From an uncultured bacterium (GTDB lineage Bacteria; Bacillota_I; Bacilli_A; RF39; UBA660): DNA of 64,000 bases. The stretch's first letter is position 1, and each line of letters opens with the position of its first letter. The translations under genes and the position numbers were made by a program. Below the pieces are notes generated by a model. It saw only the letters and a program-made list of their open reading frames with translations, had not been told where the DNA came from and did not search any database. Location: contig CAUERX010000001.1 of NCBI GenBank assembly GCA_959020415.1, positions 15,442 to 79,441 on the forward strand. The letters run 5' to 3'. Below, piece by piece: positions 1 through 8,469 of the stretch.

Positions 1-1866
1 TTAGATAATGATTTTGATATGGCATTAATCAAGGAAACGGTAACAAATTTTCCATTGATGTTTGGCTATTTATTACATGCATTAACTTTAAGTGTAACAA
101 TTATTGTCGTAGCGGTTCCAGAGGGGCTGCCAATGATGATTACATTAGTTCTTTCATCTAATATGAAGAGAATGCTTAAGAGTAATGTTTTAGTTAGAAA
201 ATTAATGGGGATAGAAACTGCTGGAAATATTAACATTTTGTTTACCGATAAAACGGGAACAATCACTAAAGGTAAATTAGAAGTGATTGGTATTAGTGAT
301 CCCAAGGGAAAAATTTATCATGACGAAGAAGAGTTAAAAGAAAATATGGAATTTTATCAACAGGCGAAAATATCTTTAGTGGCTAACAATGCGAGTAATT
401 ATGATGCTAATGGCGGAGTAATTGGTGGGAATATTACAGATAGGGCATTATTGAGCTTTTTCCACAGTAAAAGTCCAAATTTTACAAAAATTGATACAAC
501 ACCTTTTTCAAGTGAGAAGAAGTATGCAGTAACTACAATTAAGTATCATGAGCGAAGACTTAATTTAATTAAGGGAGCAACGGAGGTTATTTTAGATAAA
601 TGTACTCATTACTATGATAACGGGAAAAAGGTTGGATTATTTCATCAAGAAAGGATATATAAACAAATTGAAGAGGCGACGTCTAGAGGAATAAGGGTTT
701 TAGCATTTGCGACAATGGATGTTAAAGACAGACTTAGCCGAATGACATTAATTGGTCTCGTATATATTAAAGATGAGGTAAGGCCAGAGGCTATTGAAGG
801 GCTTGATTTAATTAGAAAGGCTCATATTAATACAGTTATGATTACGGGAGATAATATTAAGACGGCGACATCAATTGGTAGGGAGGTTGGCTTATTAACA
901 AGTAAAGATGACGTAGTTTTGACTAGTAGTGAATTACATAGAAAATCGGATGAGGAAGTTAAGGCATTATTACCACGATTAAAAATTATTGCGCGTTCAT
1001 TGCCACAGGATAAAAGTCGTTTGGTTAAATTAGCTCAGGAAGCTGATTTAGTGGTTGGAATGACAGGTGATGGGGTTAATGATGCACCAGCGCTTAAAAA
1101 AGCAGATGTAGGCTTCGCAATGGGGTCTGGTACTGAGGTGGCAAAAGAGGCTAGCGATATTGTAATTTTAGATGATAATTTATTATCAATTTCTAATGCG
1201 GTATTATATGGTAGAACGATTTTTAAAAGTATTAGAAAATTTATTGTTTTTCAGCTTACAGTTAATCTATGTGCGGTAAGTATATCTATTATTGGTCCGT
1301 TTATTGGAGTCGATACACCAGTTACGGTTATTCAAATGCTTTGGATTAATATGGTTATGGATACTTTAGCCGGAATAGCTTTCTCATTTGAGCCTGCGCT
1401 TAAAGAATATATGAACGAAAAGCCAAAGTGTAAAGATGAGATGATAATAAATGATTATATGAAACAGGAGATATTTATTACAGGAACATTTTCGGCACTA
1501 TTATGTATAATTTTCTTAAAGAGTCCATTTATCCACAGTATATTTGGTGATGGAAGTACAGCTGATTTGATGACGGCATTCTTTGGATTATTTATATTTA
1601 TTAGTATTTTTAATAGTTTCAATGCTAGAACGCATAGACTGAATTTACTCGCCCATATTTCAAAAAATAAAGTATTCTTAGTGGTAATATTATTTATACT
1701 AATCGTTCAAATATATTTAATTTATTATGGTGGTGATATGTTTAGAACATATGGACTTACGATGTTTGAATTTGAAGTGATGGTATTACTGGCGTCATTA
1801 GTAATTCCAATAGATTGGATTAGAAAACTAATTTTACGAAAACGGGGAGAAATTGGTGGCGTCTGA
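1..1866 (+). CDS. P-type cation-transporting ATPase (Ca2+-ATPase-like), 5' end cut by window edge
   Basis: Frame open from nt 1. DKTGTIT phosphorylation motif, ITGDN, GDGVNDAPALKKADVG hinge, C-terminal TM helices. Confidence 0.9.
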   Translation, partial: LDNDFDMALIKETVTNFPLMFGYLLHALTLSVTIIVVAVPEGLPMMITLVLSSNMKRMLKSNVLVRKLMGIETAGNINILFTDKTGTITKGKLEVIGISDPKGKIYHDEEELKENMEFYQQAKISLVANNASNYDANGGVIGGNITDRALLSFFHSKSPNFTKIDTTPFSSEKKYAVTTIKYHERRLNLIKGATEVILDKCTHYYDNGKKVGLFHQERIYKQIEEATSRGIRVLAFATMDVKDRLSRMTLIGLVYIKDEVRPEAIEGLDLIRKAHINTVMITGDNIKTATSIGREVGLLTSKDDVVLTSSELHRKSDEEVKALLPRLKIIARSLPQDKSRLVKLAQEADLVVGMTGDGVNDAPALKKADVGFAMGSGTEVAKEASDIVILDDNLLSISNAVLYGRTIFKSIRKFIVFQLTVNLCAVSISIIGPFIGVDTPVTVIQMLWINMVMDTLAGIAFSFEPALKEYMNEKPKCKDEMIINDYMKQEIFITGTFSALLCIIFLKSPFIHSIFGDGSTADLMTAFFGLFIFISIFNSFNARTHRLNLLAHISKNKVFLVVILFILIVQIYLIYYGGDMFRTYGLTMFEFEVMVLLASLVIPIDWIRKLILRKRGEIGGV

Positions 1867-1920
1867 ATTTGCATTTTCTTCAATTTCTGTTATAATAAAT
1901 GGCATAAATGAGGTGGTTAT

Positions 1921-2526
1921 ATGACTATTAAGAATTTTAGTTTAACTCAAAAGGCAGGAGCAGTGTTAACGTCATTTGCTTTGGTAACTACGTTAGTTGG
2001 TTGTGGTAATACAAAAAGCACTTCAGAAGAACCTGAAGTAGATACAGCGATAGGGGCTTCGACTGAGAAACCACAAATTGATTCAGAAGTTTTAGCTAGT
2101 CAAGAAGAGGCTTCTTCGGCGGTTGAATCTGCGGTTACTATAATGATCGAAAGTACTGAGGCTTTAGCAGAATCATCTGAAGAAGCTAAACAAACTGAAT
2201 CATATCAAGCTGCTAAAGAAACGACGAAGCAAAATTTTGATGATTTGTTTGGTTTTCTGTTTCAAGATGAGGAAATTGCCGGTTATACTATATCGGAAGT
2301 TGGTAGAAATACTGTATCATTTTGTAAAGATGGTCTTGTTACTTTGGACGCATATATTGAATCTTATATACCAGAATATAAGGATAAGGCAAAAGAAAAA
2401 CTTAAAAGTGCGGGTGTTTGGGTTGAGGATAAGTTAACTGACCTTGGAGCATGGGGAATAAACAAAAGTAGTGAGTTAAAGGAAAAGACTTTGCAGAAAT
2501 ATTATGATAAATATGGGAATAATTAA
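1921..2526 (+). CDS. Putative lipoprotein, unknown function
   Basis: N-terminal signal peptide ending in lipobox LVGC. GGTGG SD-like motif upstream. Acidic, low-complexity mature part. Confidence 0.6.
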   Translation: MTIKNFSLTQKAGAVLTSFALVTTLVGCGNTKSTSEEPEVDTAIGASTEKPQIDSEVLASQEEASSAVESAVTIMIESTEALAESSEEAKQTESYQAAKETTKQNFDDLFGFLFQDEEIAGYTISEVGRNTVSFCKDGLVTLDAYIESYIPEYKDKAKEKLKSAGVWVEDKLTDLGAWGINKSSELKEKTLQKYYDKYGNN

Positions 2527-2899
2527 GTTATAATTATTATTCCAAAATTAGTTTGGATATTTTATTACCATGACGCAGTAAAGGAAGAAAAGGTTAAAAA
2601 ATATGGACAAAATTAATTTTGTTCATTTTTTTATTTTAAAGTTTTAAAAAAAAATTGGAATTTTTTGTCAAAAATAGTGGAAAAATGTTTTTAAATGTGG
2701 TATATTGAAATAGCGGTAAACATATTGCAATTGAATATAGAAAGGTAACATTTATGCTAGATTTTTTGCGTGTTGTTTGTAATAAAATCGCATAAATTTT
2801 TTGTTATAAGGACTAATATAGTGTTTAATTATAACAATTAATTTAGGTGATTAAAGTAGTGACAAATGGATTGTAATTAAATAGGGAAAGGAAATATTT

Positions 2900-3601
2900 A
2901 TGTTAAATTTTATAGTTTGTGACGATGAAAAGAAATACAGAGATTTTGTTGAGGGCGTGATCAATAAATATATGATGAAAAATCAACATGAATATCAAAT
3001 TCATATATTTAATGATTATAATAGGCCATTTATGGATATTATTGGAGGTAAACTTCCATTTAAGATCTATATTTTGGATATTGAAACGCCTACTAGATCG
3101 GGATTAGATGTAGCAAGAATTATTAGAAATAAGGATGTTGACAGTGTTATTATCTTTTTAACTGGGCATCAGGAATTAAGCCAGATTGTAATTAAGAATG
3201 AGTTTTTGTTTTTATCTTTTATTAATAAATTTGATGACTGCGAAAATAGGTTGATGGGGTCTATTGATAAGTCATTAAAAGTACTAAAAGCGAGACAAAC
3301 TATTAGATTTAAGGATTGTGGAATAATTTATACAATTTCATTGGATGATATTTTATATGTTACTAAAGATAGCGTTGAAAGAAAAAGTATAATTAAAACT
3401 GATTATTCAGAATTTAGACTTAATAAAACTTTAGGTGAAATAAAAGAAATGCTTAATGATGATTTTATACAAACGCATAGAGCATGTTTAGTAAATAAAA
3501 AAAGAGTAGTAGGGTATAACAAACCAAAAAGAATAATAATGTTTGACACAGGAGAGAAGATAGACTTAGTGTCAACAAGATTTGAAGGGGAATTGATATA
3601 A
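2900..3601 (+). CDS. LytTR-family response regulator (AgrA-like)
   Basis: Receiver domain (CDDE, YILDIETP acceptor Asp, FLTGH) plus C-terminal LytTR-type DNA-binding region. Next gene starts 2 nt after its stop. Confidence 0.85.
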   Translation: MLNFIVCDDEKKYRDFVEGVINKYMMKNQHEYQIHIFNDYNRPFMDIIGGKLPFKIYILDIETPTRSGLDVARIIRNKDVDSVIIFLTGHQELSQIVIKNEFLFLSFINKFDDCENRLMGSIDKSLKVLKARQTIRFKDCGIIYTISLDDILYVTKDSVERKSIIKTDYSEFRLNKTLGEIKEMLNDDFIQTHRACLVNKKRVVGYNKPKRIIMFDTGEKIDLVSTRFEGELI

Positions 3602-3602
3602 A

Positions 3603-4922
3603 ATGGATTTAAAAATAATGGGTGTGTATGCAGTGGGAGGATTTTTTCTTTTTATAGTCATAATTTATGCTTGGCATTTGCTTATGGGAAAAAACGTAAA
3701 TTTGAAAGACTATAAAGTTTATTTGTCATTAATTATAGGCACTGTTTGTGGCTGTGTTATTAATTTTTATTTGCCTTTTGCATTAAAATTAATTTTAATG
3801 GTATTGCTGATGTTTATAATTAATTATTTCTTTTTTTGCAAGAACTCATCAAAGTCATTACTTATAGTAATAGTAACAGAGTTTATGGCTATATTTTCTG
3901 AGTTGTTAGTTGCAATAGTAGCATTTTTATTTGTTGGTAATAATGCAGAAAACATATTAAATAGTTTCAATGGTACTTTATTAATTAGTCTTGGAGTTCC
4001 AATTTTATTTTTTGTTTTTTTTAAGACGAAAATACCATTTAGATTATATGATTATTTGTATAAAACGTTTAACAATATGAAACAAAGTAATTTAATTATT
4101 TATTTTATAGCTACATTAATTTTAATAAGTGTCTTTTTTCTTATGACATATATGGATTTACCTAAAATGGTAGTATTAATATCTAATACAGTTCTAGGGT
4201 TTTTCTATGTAATTATTATTTTAAAATTAGCTAATATTCAAGAAAATTATAGAAAAATTAATAGTAAATATGAAACTAGCATTTCTAGTTTAAAGGAATA
4301 TGAAGATATAATGGACAAGTATAGAATAGCAAATCATGAGAATAAGAATCAACTTTTGACTATAAGGAATATGGTTAAAACAGACGATAAAACGGTTCCT
4401 AACTATATTGATAATCTTATAGATAATAAAATAAAAGATAACGAGAATATCTTTTATAAAACGTCAAAAATTCCTGAAGGAGGATTAAGAGCAACAATTT
4501 ATTCCAAGGTATGTAAAATGGATGAATTAGGTATAAATTATACATTAGATATAGCAAACGATGTAAGGACTGTAGATTTAATTAATTTAGGAGAAAATAT
4601 AATACTTGATGTTTGTAAAATTATTGGTGTATTTTTGGATAATGCAATAGAGGCAGTAGAGAAACTTGACAAGAAAGAGATTGTTGTAGAATTATTTGTT
4701 ATGGATAGTTGTTTATGCATCGATATTTCGAATAATTATGATGGTAGTTTAGATATTAATGAAATTGAAGCTACTCGTTATACGACAAAAGGAGATGGGC
4801 ATGGATATGGATTGTCTTTAGTTAATGATATTTTAAAGTGTGATAAGGCTTTAATAAATGAAAAATCTATAAATCGTGATCGTTTTACTCAAAGGCTAAA
4901 AATAAGAACTTTTGATTTTTAA
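3603..4922 (+). CDS. AgrC-like sensor histidine kinase (HPK10 type), copy 1
   Basis: About 6 N-terminal TM helices, coiled linker, GHKL ATPase region (N-box DNAIEA, GHGYGLSL). Residues 1-424 identical to copy 2; last 15 residues differ. Confidence 0.8.
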   Translation: MDLKIMGVYAVGGFFLFIVIIYAWHLLMGKNVNLKDYKVYLSLIIGTVCGCVINFYLPFALKLILMVLLMFIINYFFFCKNSSKSLLIVIVTEFMAIFSELLVAIVAFLFVGNNAENILNSFNGTLLISLGVPILFFVFFKTKIPFRLYDYLYKTFNNMKQSNLIIYFIATLILISVFFLMTYMDLPKMVVLISNTVLGFFYVIIILKLANIQENYRKINSKYETSISSLKEYEDIMDKYRIANHENKNQLLTIRNMVKTDDKTVPNYIDNLIDNKIKDNENIFYKTSKIPEGGLRATIYSKVCKMDELGINYTLDIANDVRTVDLINLGENIILDVCKIIGVFLDNAIEAVEKLDKKEIVVELFVMDSCLCIDISNNYDGSLDINEIEATRYTTKGDGHGYGLSLVNDILKCDKALINEKSINRDRFTQRLKIRTFDF

Positions 4923-4940
4923 TTAGATGAATATACAGGG

Positions 4941-5059
4941 CATGTTTAGTAAATAAAAAAAGAGTAGTAGGGTATAACAAACCAAAAAGAATAATAATGT
5001 TTGACACAGGAGAGAAGATAGACTTAGTGTCAACAAGATTTGAAGGGGAATTGATATAA
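4941..5059 (+). pseudogene. Duplicated 3' fragment of the LytTR regulator gene (junction remnant)
   Basis: Copy of 3483-3601, encoding the last ~39 codons of the regulator, with no start codon or receiver domain. Confidence 0.8.
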
Positions 5060-5060
5060 A

Positions 5061-6371
5061 ATGGATTTAAAAATAATGGGTGTGTATGCAGTGGGAGGAT
5101 TTTTTCTTTTTATAGTCATAATTTATGCTTGGCATTTGCTTATGGGAAAAAACGTAAATTTGAAAGACTATAAAGTTTATTTGTCATTAATTATAGGCAC
5201 TGTTTGTGGCTGTGTTATTAATTTTTATTTGCCTTTTGCATTAAAATTAATTTTAATGGTATTGCTGATGTTTATAATTAATTATTTCTTTTTTTGCAAG
5301 AACTCATCAAAGTCATTACTTATAGTAATAGTAACAGAGTTTATGGCTATATTTTCTGAGTTGTTAGTTGCAATAGTAGCATTTTTATTTGTTGGTAATA
5401 ATGCAGAAAACATATTAAATAGTTTCAATGGTACTTTATTAATTAGTCTTGGAGTTCCAATTTTATTTTTTGTTTTTTTTAAGACGAAAATACCATTTAG
5501 ATTATATGATTATTTGTATAAAACGTTTAACAATATGAAACAAAGTAATTTAATTATTTATTTTATAGCTACATTAATTTTAATAAGTGTCTTTTTTCTT
5601 ATGACATATATGGATTTACCTAAAATGGTAGTATTAATATCTAATACAGTTCTAGGGTTTTTCTATGTAATTATTATTTTAAAATTAGCTAATATTCAAG
5701 AAAATTATAGAAAAATTAATAGTAAATATGAAACTAGCATTTCTAGTTTAAAGGAATATGAAGATATAATGGACAAGTATAGAATAGCAAATCATGAGAA
5801 TAAGAATCAACTTTTGACTATAAGGAATATGGTTAAAACAGACGATAAAACGGTTCCTAACTATATTGATAATCTTATAGATAATAAAATAAAAGATAAC
5901 GAGAATATCTTTTATAAAACGTCAAAAATTCCTGAAGGAGGATTAAGAGCAACAATTTATTCCAAGGTATGTAAAATGGATGAATTAGGTATAAATTATA
6001 CATTAGATATAGCAAACGATGTAAGGACTGTAGATTTAATTAATTTAGGAGAAAATATAATACTTGATGTTTGTAAAATTATTGGTGTATTTTTGGATAA
6101 TGCAATAGAGGCAGTAGAGAAACTTGACAAGAAAGAGATTGTTGTAGAATTATTTGTTATGGATAGTTGTTTATGCATCGATATTTCGAATAATTATGAT
6201 GGTAGTTTAGATATTAATGAAATTGAAGCTACTCGTTATACGACAAAAGGAGATGGGCATGGATATGGATTGTCTTTAGTTAATGATATTTTAAAGTGTG
6301 ATAAGGCTTTAATAAATGAAAAATCTATAAATAAAAACTATTTTGCTCAAATGTTAAAAATTAAGATGTAG
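5061..6371 (+). CDS. AgrC-like sensor histidine kinase, copy 2
   Basis: Same as copy 1 except the C-terminal tail (NKNYFAQMLKIKM versus NRDRFTQRLKIRTFDF). Confidence 0.8.
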   Translation: MDLKIMGVYAVGGFFLFIVIIYAWHLLMGKNVNLKDYKVYLSLIIGTVCGCVINFYLPFALKLILMVLLMFIINYFFFCKNSSKSLLIVIVTEFMAIFSELLVAIVAFLFVGNNAENILNSFNGTLLISLGVPILFFVFFKTKIPFRLYDYLYKTFNNMKQSNLIIYFIATLILISVFFLMTYMDLPKMVVLISNTVLGFFYVIIILKLANIQENYRKINSKYETSISSLKEYEDIMDKYRIANHENKNQLLTIRNMVKTDDKTVPNYIDNLIDNKIKDNENIFYKTSKIPEGGLRATIYSKVCKMDELGINYTLDIANDVRTVDLINLGENIILDVCKIIGVFLDNAIEAVEKLDKKEIVVELFVMDSCLCIDISNNYDGSLDINEIEATRYTTKGDGHGYGLSLVNDILKCDKALINEKSINKNYFAQMLKIKM

Positions 6372-6392
6372 ATATAATTTTAAGATATATTT

Positions 6393-6431
6393 AAATAAAA
6401 TAGACAAGCTTTTGGCTTGTCTATTTTATTT
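6393..6431. terminator. Bidirectional intrinsic terminator between the convergent kinase and agrD genes
   Basis: aaataaaaTAGACAAGCttttgGCTTGTCTAttttattt. A-run and T-run flank the stem on both sides. Confidence 0.6.
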
Positions 6432-6440
6432 TTTTATTGA

Positions 6441-6566
6441 TTATTTGATTAGACTTTGTGGCGTTTTTTCTTCATCAAGAAAAACTACGAAACAAGCTGT
6501 GCTTCCTATACTTGCGAAGAATGAACCAATTGATGCTAATGCTTCGGCAAATAAATTCATATTCAT
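6441..6566 (-). CDS. agrD: AgrD-type autoinducing peptide precursor (41 aa), absent from the ORF track
   Basis: Translates to MNMNLFAEALASIGSFFASIGSTACFVVFLDEEKTPQSLIK. GAAAGGGGA SD lies 5 nt upstream. Starts 42 nt downstream of the agrB stop. Cys+4 hydrophobic ring motif followed by an acidic, Pro-containing tail. Confidence 0.75.
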   Translation of the reverse strand: MNMNLFAEALASIGSFFASIGSTACFVVFLDEEKTPQSLIK

Positions 6567-6608
6567 GCGTCCCCTTTCTCTCCGTCTATGTTTAAACTAA
6601 GTTAAACC

Positions 6609-7220
6609 TTAATTTAGAACCGTATGGCTATAGTTCTTATAGTTGTCATACGGTAAGCCAAATAGTTTATAAATAGTTGGGGATACAATAAAGCATTGTA
6701 ATATTAGTGCCATTGTAAAGCAATTTGAAATAAAATTATTTTGAATTGTGATTGATAACGTTACAAATATAATTGCAACTACTGTGGATAATAGCTTATA
6801 TGTTTTCCTTCTTTTAGGACTAACTATAGGCCTTTTTTCGGTATCAGCAGGGCTATTTTTATAGATTAATAATACCCCTATTGTACCGAGAATTAATTTC
6901 ATCCAAATTGGCATACTTATTAAAGTGCATAAATATGGAATTCCTATAAACAGAATGGTTGAGCTAATCAAACAGCTAAGACTTGTAGTAGCGTGTAGCC
7001 CAAATGATGGCATTCTAATTATGTTATAAACAATCGTAAAAATTATCAATTCTTTAAGATAACCCAATATAAATGCAATTGCACAAATAACAATGGTTTT
7101 TGTAATAGTAAGATATAGACTAGATAGTCCGTACTTAATTTCTTCTAACTTGATTTCATTATATTCGGGACAATGTCTTTTTATTAAGCTAATGGAACTA
7201 CCTATAACTAATTCTTTCAT
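6609..7220 (-). CDS. agrB: AgrB-family AIP-processing membrane peptidase
   Basis: Polytopic membrane protein with RMPSFGLHA (AgrB R..GG.HA-type motif). ATG at 7220 is preferred over the 7232 track start because an AAGGTGG SD lies 8 nt upstream. Confidence 0.85.
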   Translation of the reverse strand: MKELVIGSSISLIKRHCPEYNEIKLEEIKYGLSSLYLTITKTIVICAIAFILGYLKELIIFTIVYNIIRMPSFGLHATTSLSCLISSTILFIGIPYLCTLISMPIWMKLILGTIGVLLIYKNSPADTEKRPIVSPKRRKTYKLLSTVVAIIFVTLSITIQNNFISNCFTMALILQCFIVSPTIYKLFGLPYDNYKNYSHTVLN

Positions 7221-7545
7221 AAAACCAACCACCTTCTATTTGACGTTTTCATATTATCACTTATATAGGTGGTTAGGTTTGAAAATGTTCTGACTAATTG
7301 GAAAATATGTTCCAATAGACAAGGTAATATAACAATTGATAACACTATTTGTCATTTAAACATTATTTTTGACCATTTATGCAGAAAATGGTTATTCGGG
7401 TTAAATTTCTAGTAGAATACAGACTGTCACCACACATAAGTGACATCAAAAAATGTCGATATTTGTAGGTTCATTTTTGTTGAAAAACAAGGCTGAACGC
7501 GGTATATTGATATTGTAAAGAATTTACTAGAAGGGAGATGTAAGA

Positions 7546-7758
7546 GTGAGAGGTAAAGTCAAATGGTTTAACAATGAAAAAGGCTTCGGTTTTATCGAAT
7601 ACAATGATCAAGAAGATATTTTTGTTCATTATTCAGCAATTCTTACAGAAGGCTACAAAACACTAGTTGAAGGTCAATATGTTGAGTTTGAATTAGTTAG
7701 AACTGACAAGGGACTTCAAGCAAAGAATGTTGTAGAGATTAAAACTGCCCTTGTGTAG
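7546..7758 (+). CDS. Cold-shock protein (CspA family)
   Basis: [12 protein letters not shown] (RNP1) and VFVHYS (RNP2) motifs. GTG start with GGGAG SD. Confidence 0.9.
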   Translation: MRGKVKWFNNEKGFGFIEYNDQEDIFVHYSAILTEGYKTLVEGQYVEFELVRTDKGLQAKNVVEIKTALV

Positions 7759-7848
7759 TTTTTTTATGCATTTTTCCCATGATATCACATAGTTTTACTA
7801 TATTAATTTATTATTAAATGTGATATAATGTAAATGGAGGATGATATT

Positions 7849-8382
7849 ATGGAATACAAAATTCGTGGAAAGAAATTTAAAATCACAGAGGATATTAAAA
7901 ACTATGTGGAAACTAAACTTGGAAAGCTTGATAAGTATTTTGAGACTCCAGAACAATTTGTGGCCACTGTAGTCATTAGACCTGATGGTCCAATGCAAGT
8001 AGTTGAAGTAACCATCCCGGCTAAAAGGATGATCTTACGCGCCGAAGAAGCTAATAAAGATCCTTTTGCAGCTATTGATTTAGTTTTAGATAAACTAGAA
8101 AGACAGATTAGAAAAAATAAAACTCGTATGAGTAAAAAAGCCAATAAGGATAAAATCGTTGGTTTGGCAATTGATTTTGATATTGAAAAAGAAGAGAAAG
8201 ATACGACAAAGATTGTTAAACGCAAAGATATAGAATTAAAACCAATGAGTGATGAAGAAGCTATTTTGCAAATGAATTTAATCGATCATGATTTCTTTGT
8301 CTTTAGAAATGCGAAGAATGGTGAAATCGAAGTTGTTTATAAACGTAAAGACGGCAACTATGGTTTAATTAAGGAAAAATAA
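7849..8382 (+). CDS. hpf: Ribosome hibernation-promoting factor, long form
   Basis: YfiA/HPF N-domain plus C-terminal dimerisation domain (DFFVFRN..G...VVYKRKDGNYGLI). GGAGG lies 9 nt before the ATG at 7849. Extended -10 TGATATAAT at 7821. hpf-secA synteny. Confidence 0.9.
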   Translation: MEYKIRGKKFKITEDIKNYVETKLGKLDKYFETPEQFVATVVIRPDGPMQVVEVTIPAKRMILRAEEANKDPFAAIDLVLDKLERQIRKNKTRMSKKANKDKIVGLAIDFDIEKEEKDTTKIVKRKDIELKPMSDEEAILQMNLIDHDFFVFRNAKNGEIEVVYKRKDGNYGLIKEK

Positions 8383-8469
8383 GACTTTTGGTCTTTTTTT
8401 CTTTTAAGTACTGTTATTTTTAAGGAATTTTTGATAAAATACTATATAGACATTGAAAGGATGACTAAT

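Larger units (their letters stand above)
3482..6332 (+). repeat. Tandem direct duplication, period 1458 bp (3482-4874 = 4940-6332)
   Basis: The RR 3' end plus nearly the whole kinase gene occurs twice. Kinase ORFs are identical for 424 aa. Boundaries were checked base by base: mismatches at 3481/4939 and 4875/6333. Confidence 0.85.

Noticed and set aside
2754-2795. 13-codon mini-ORF (MLDFLRVVCNKIA) upstream of the LytTR regulator, considered as a second signalling peptide.
   Set aside because: It is too short and lacks leader/tail architecture. A genuine AgrD-like gene exists next to agrB. This is probably a chance ORF in the promoter region.
6412-6600. 62-aa + strand ORF in the agr intergenic region.
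   Set aside because: It is the antisense shadow of the AgrD-like gene (6441-6566, minus). It has no SD and starts inside the terminator hairpin.
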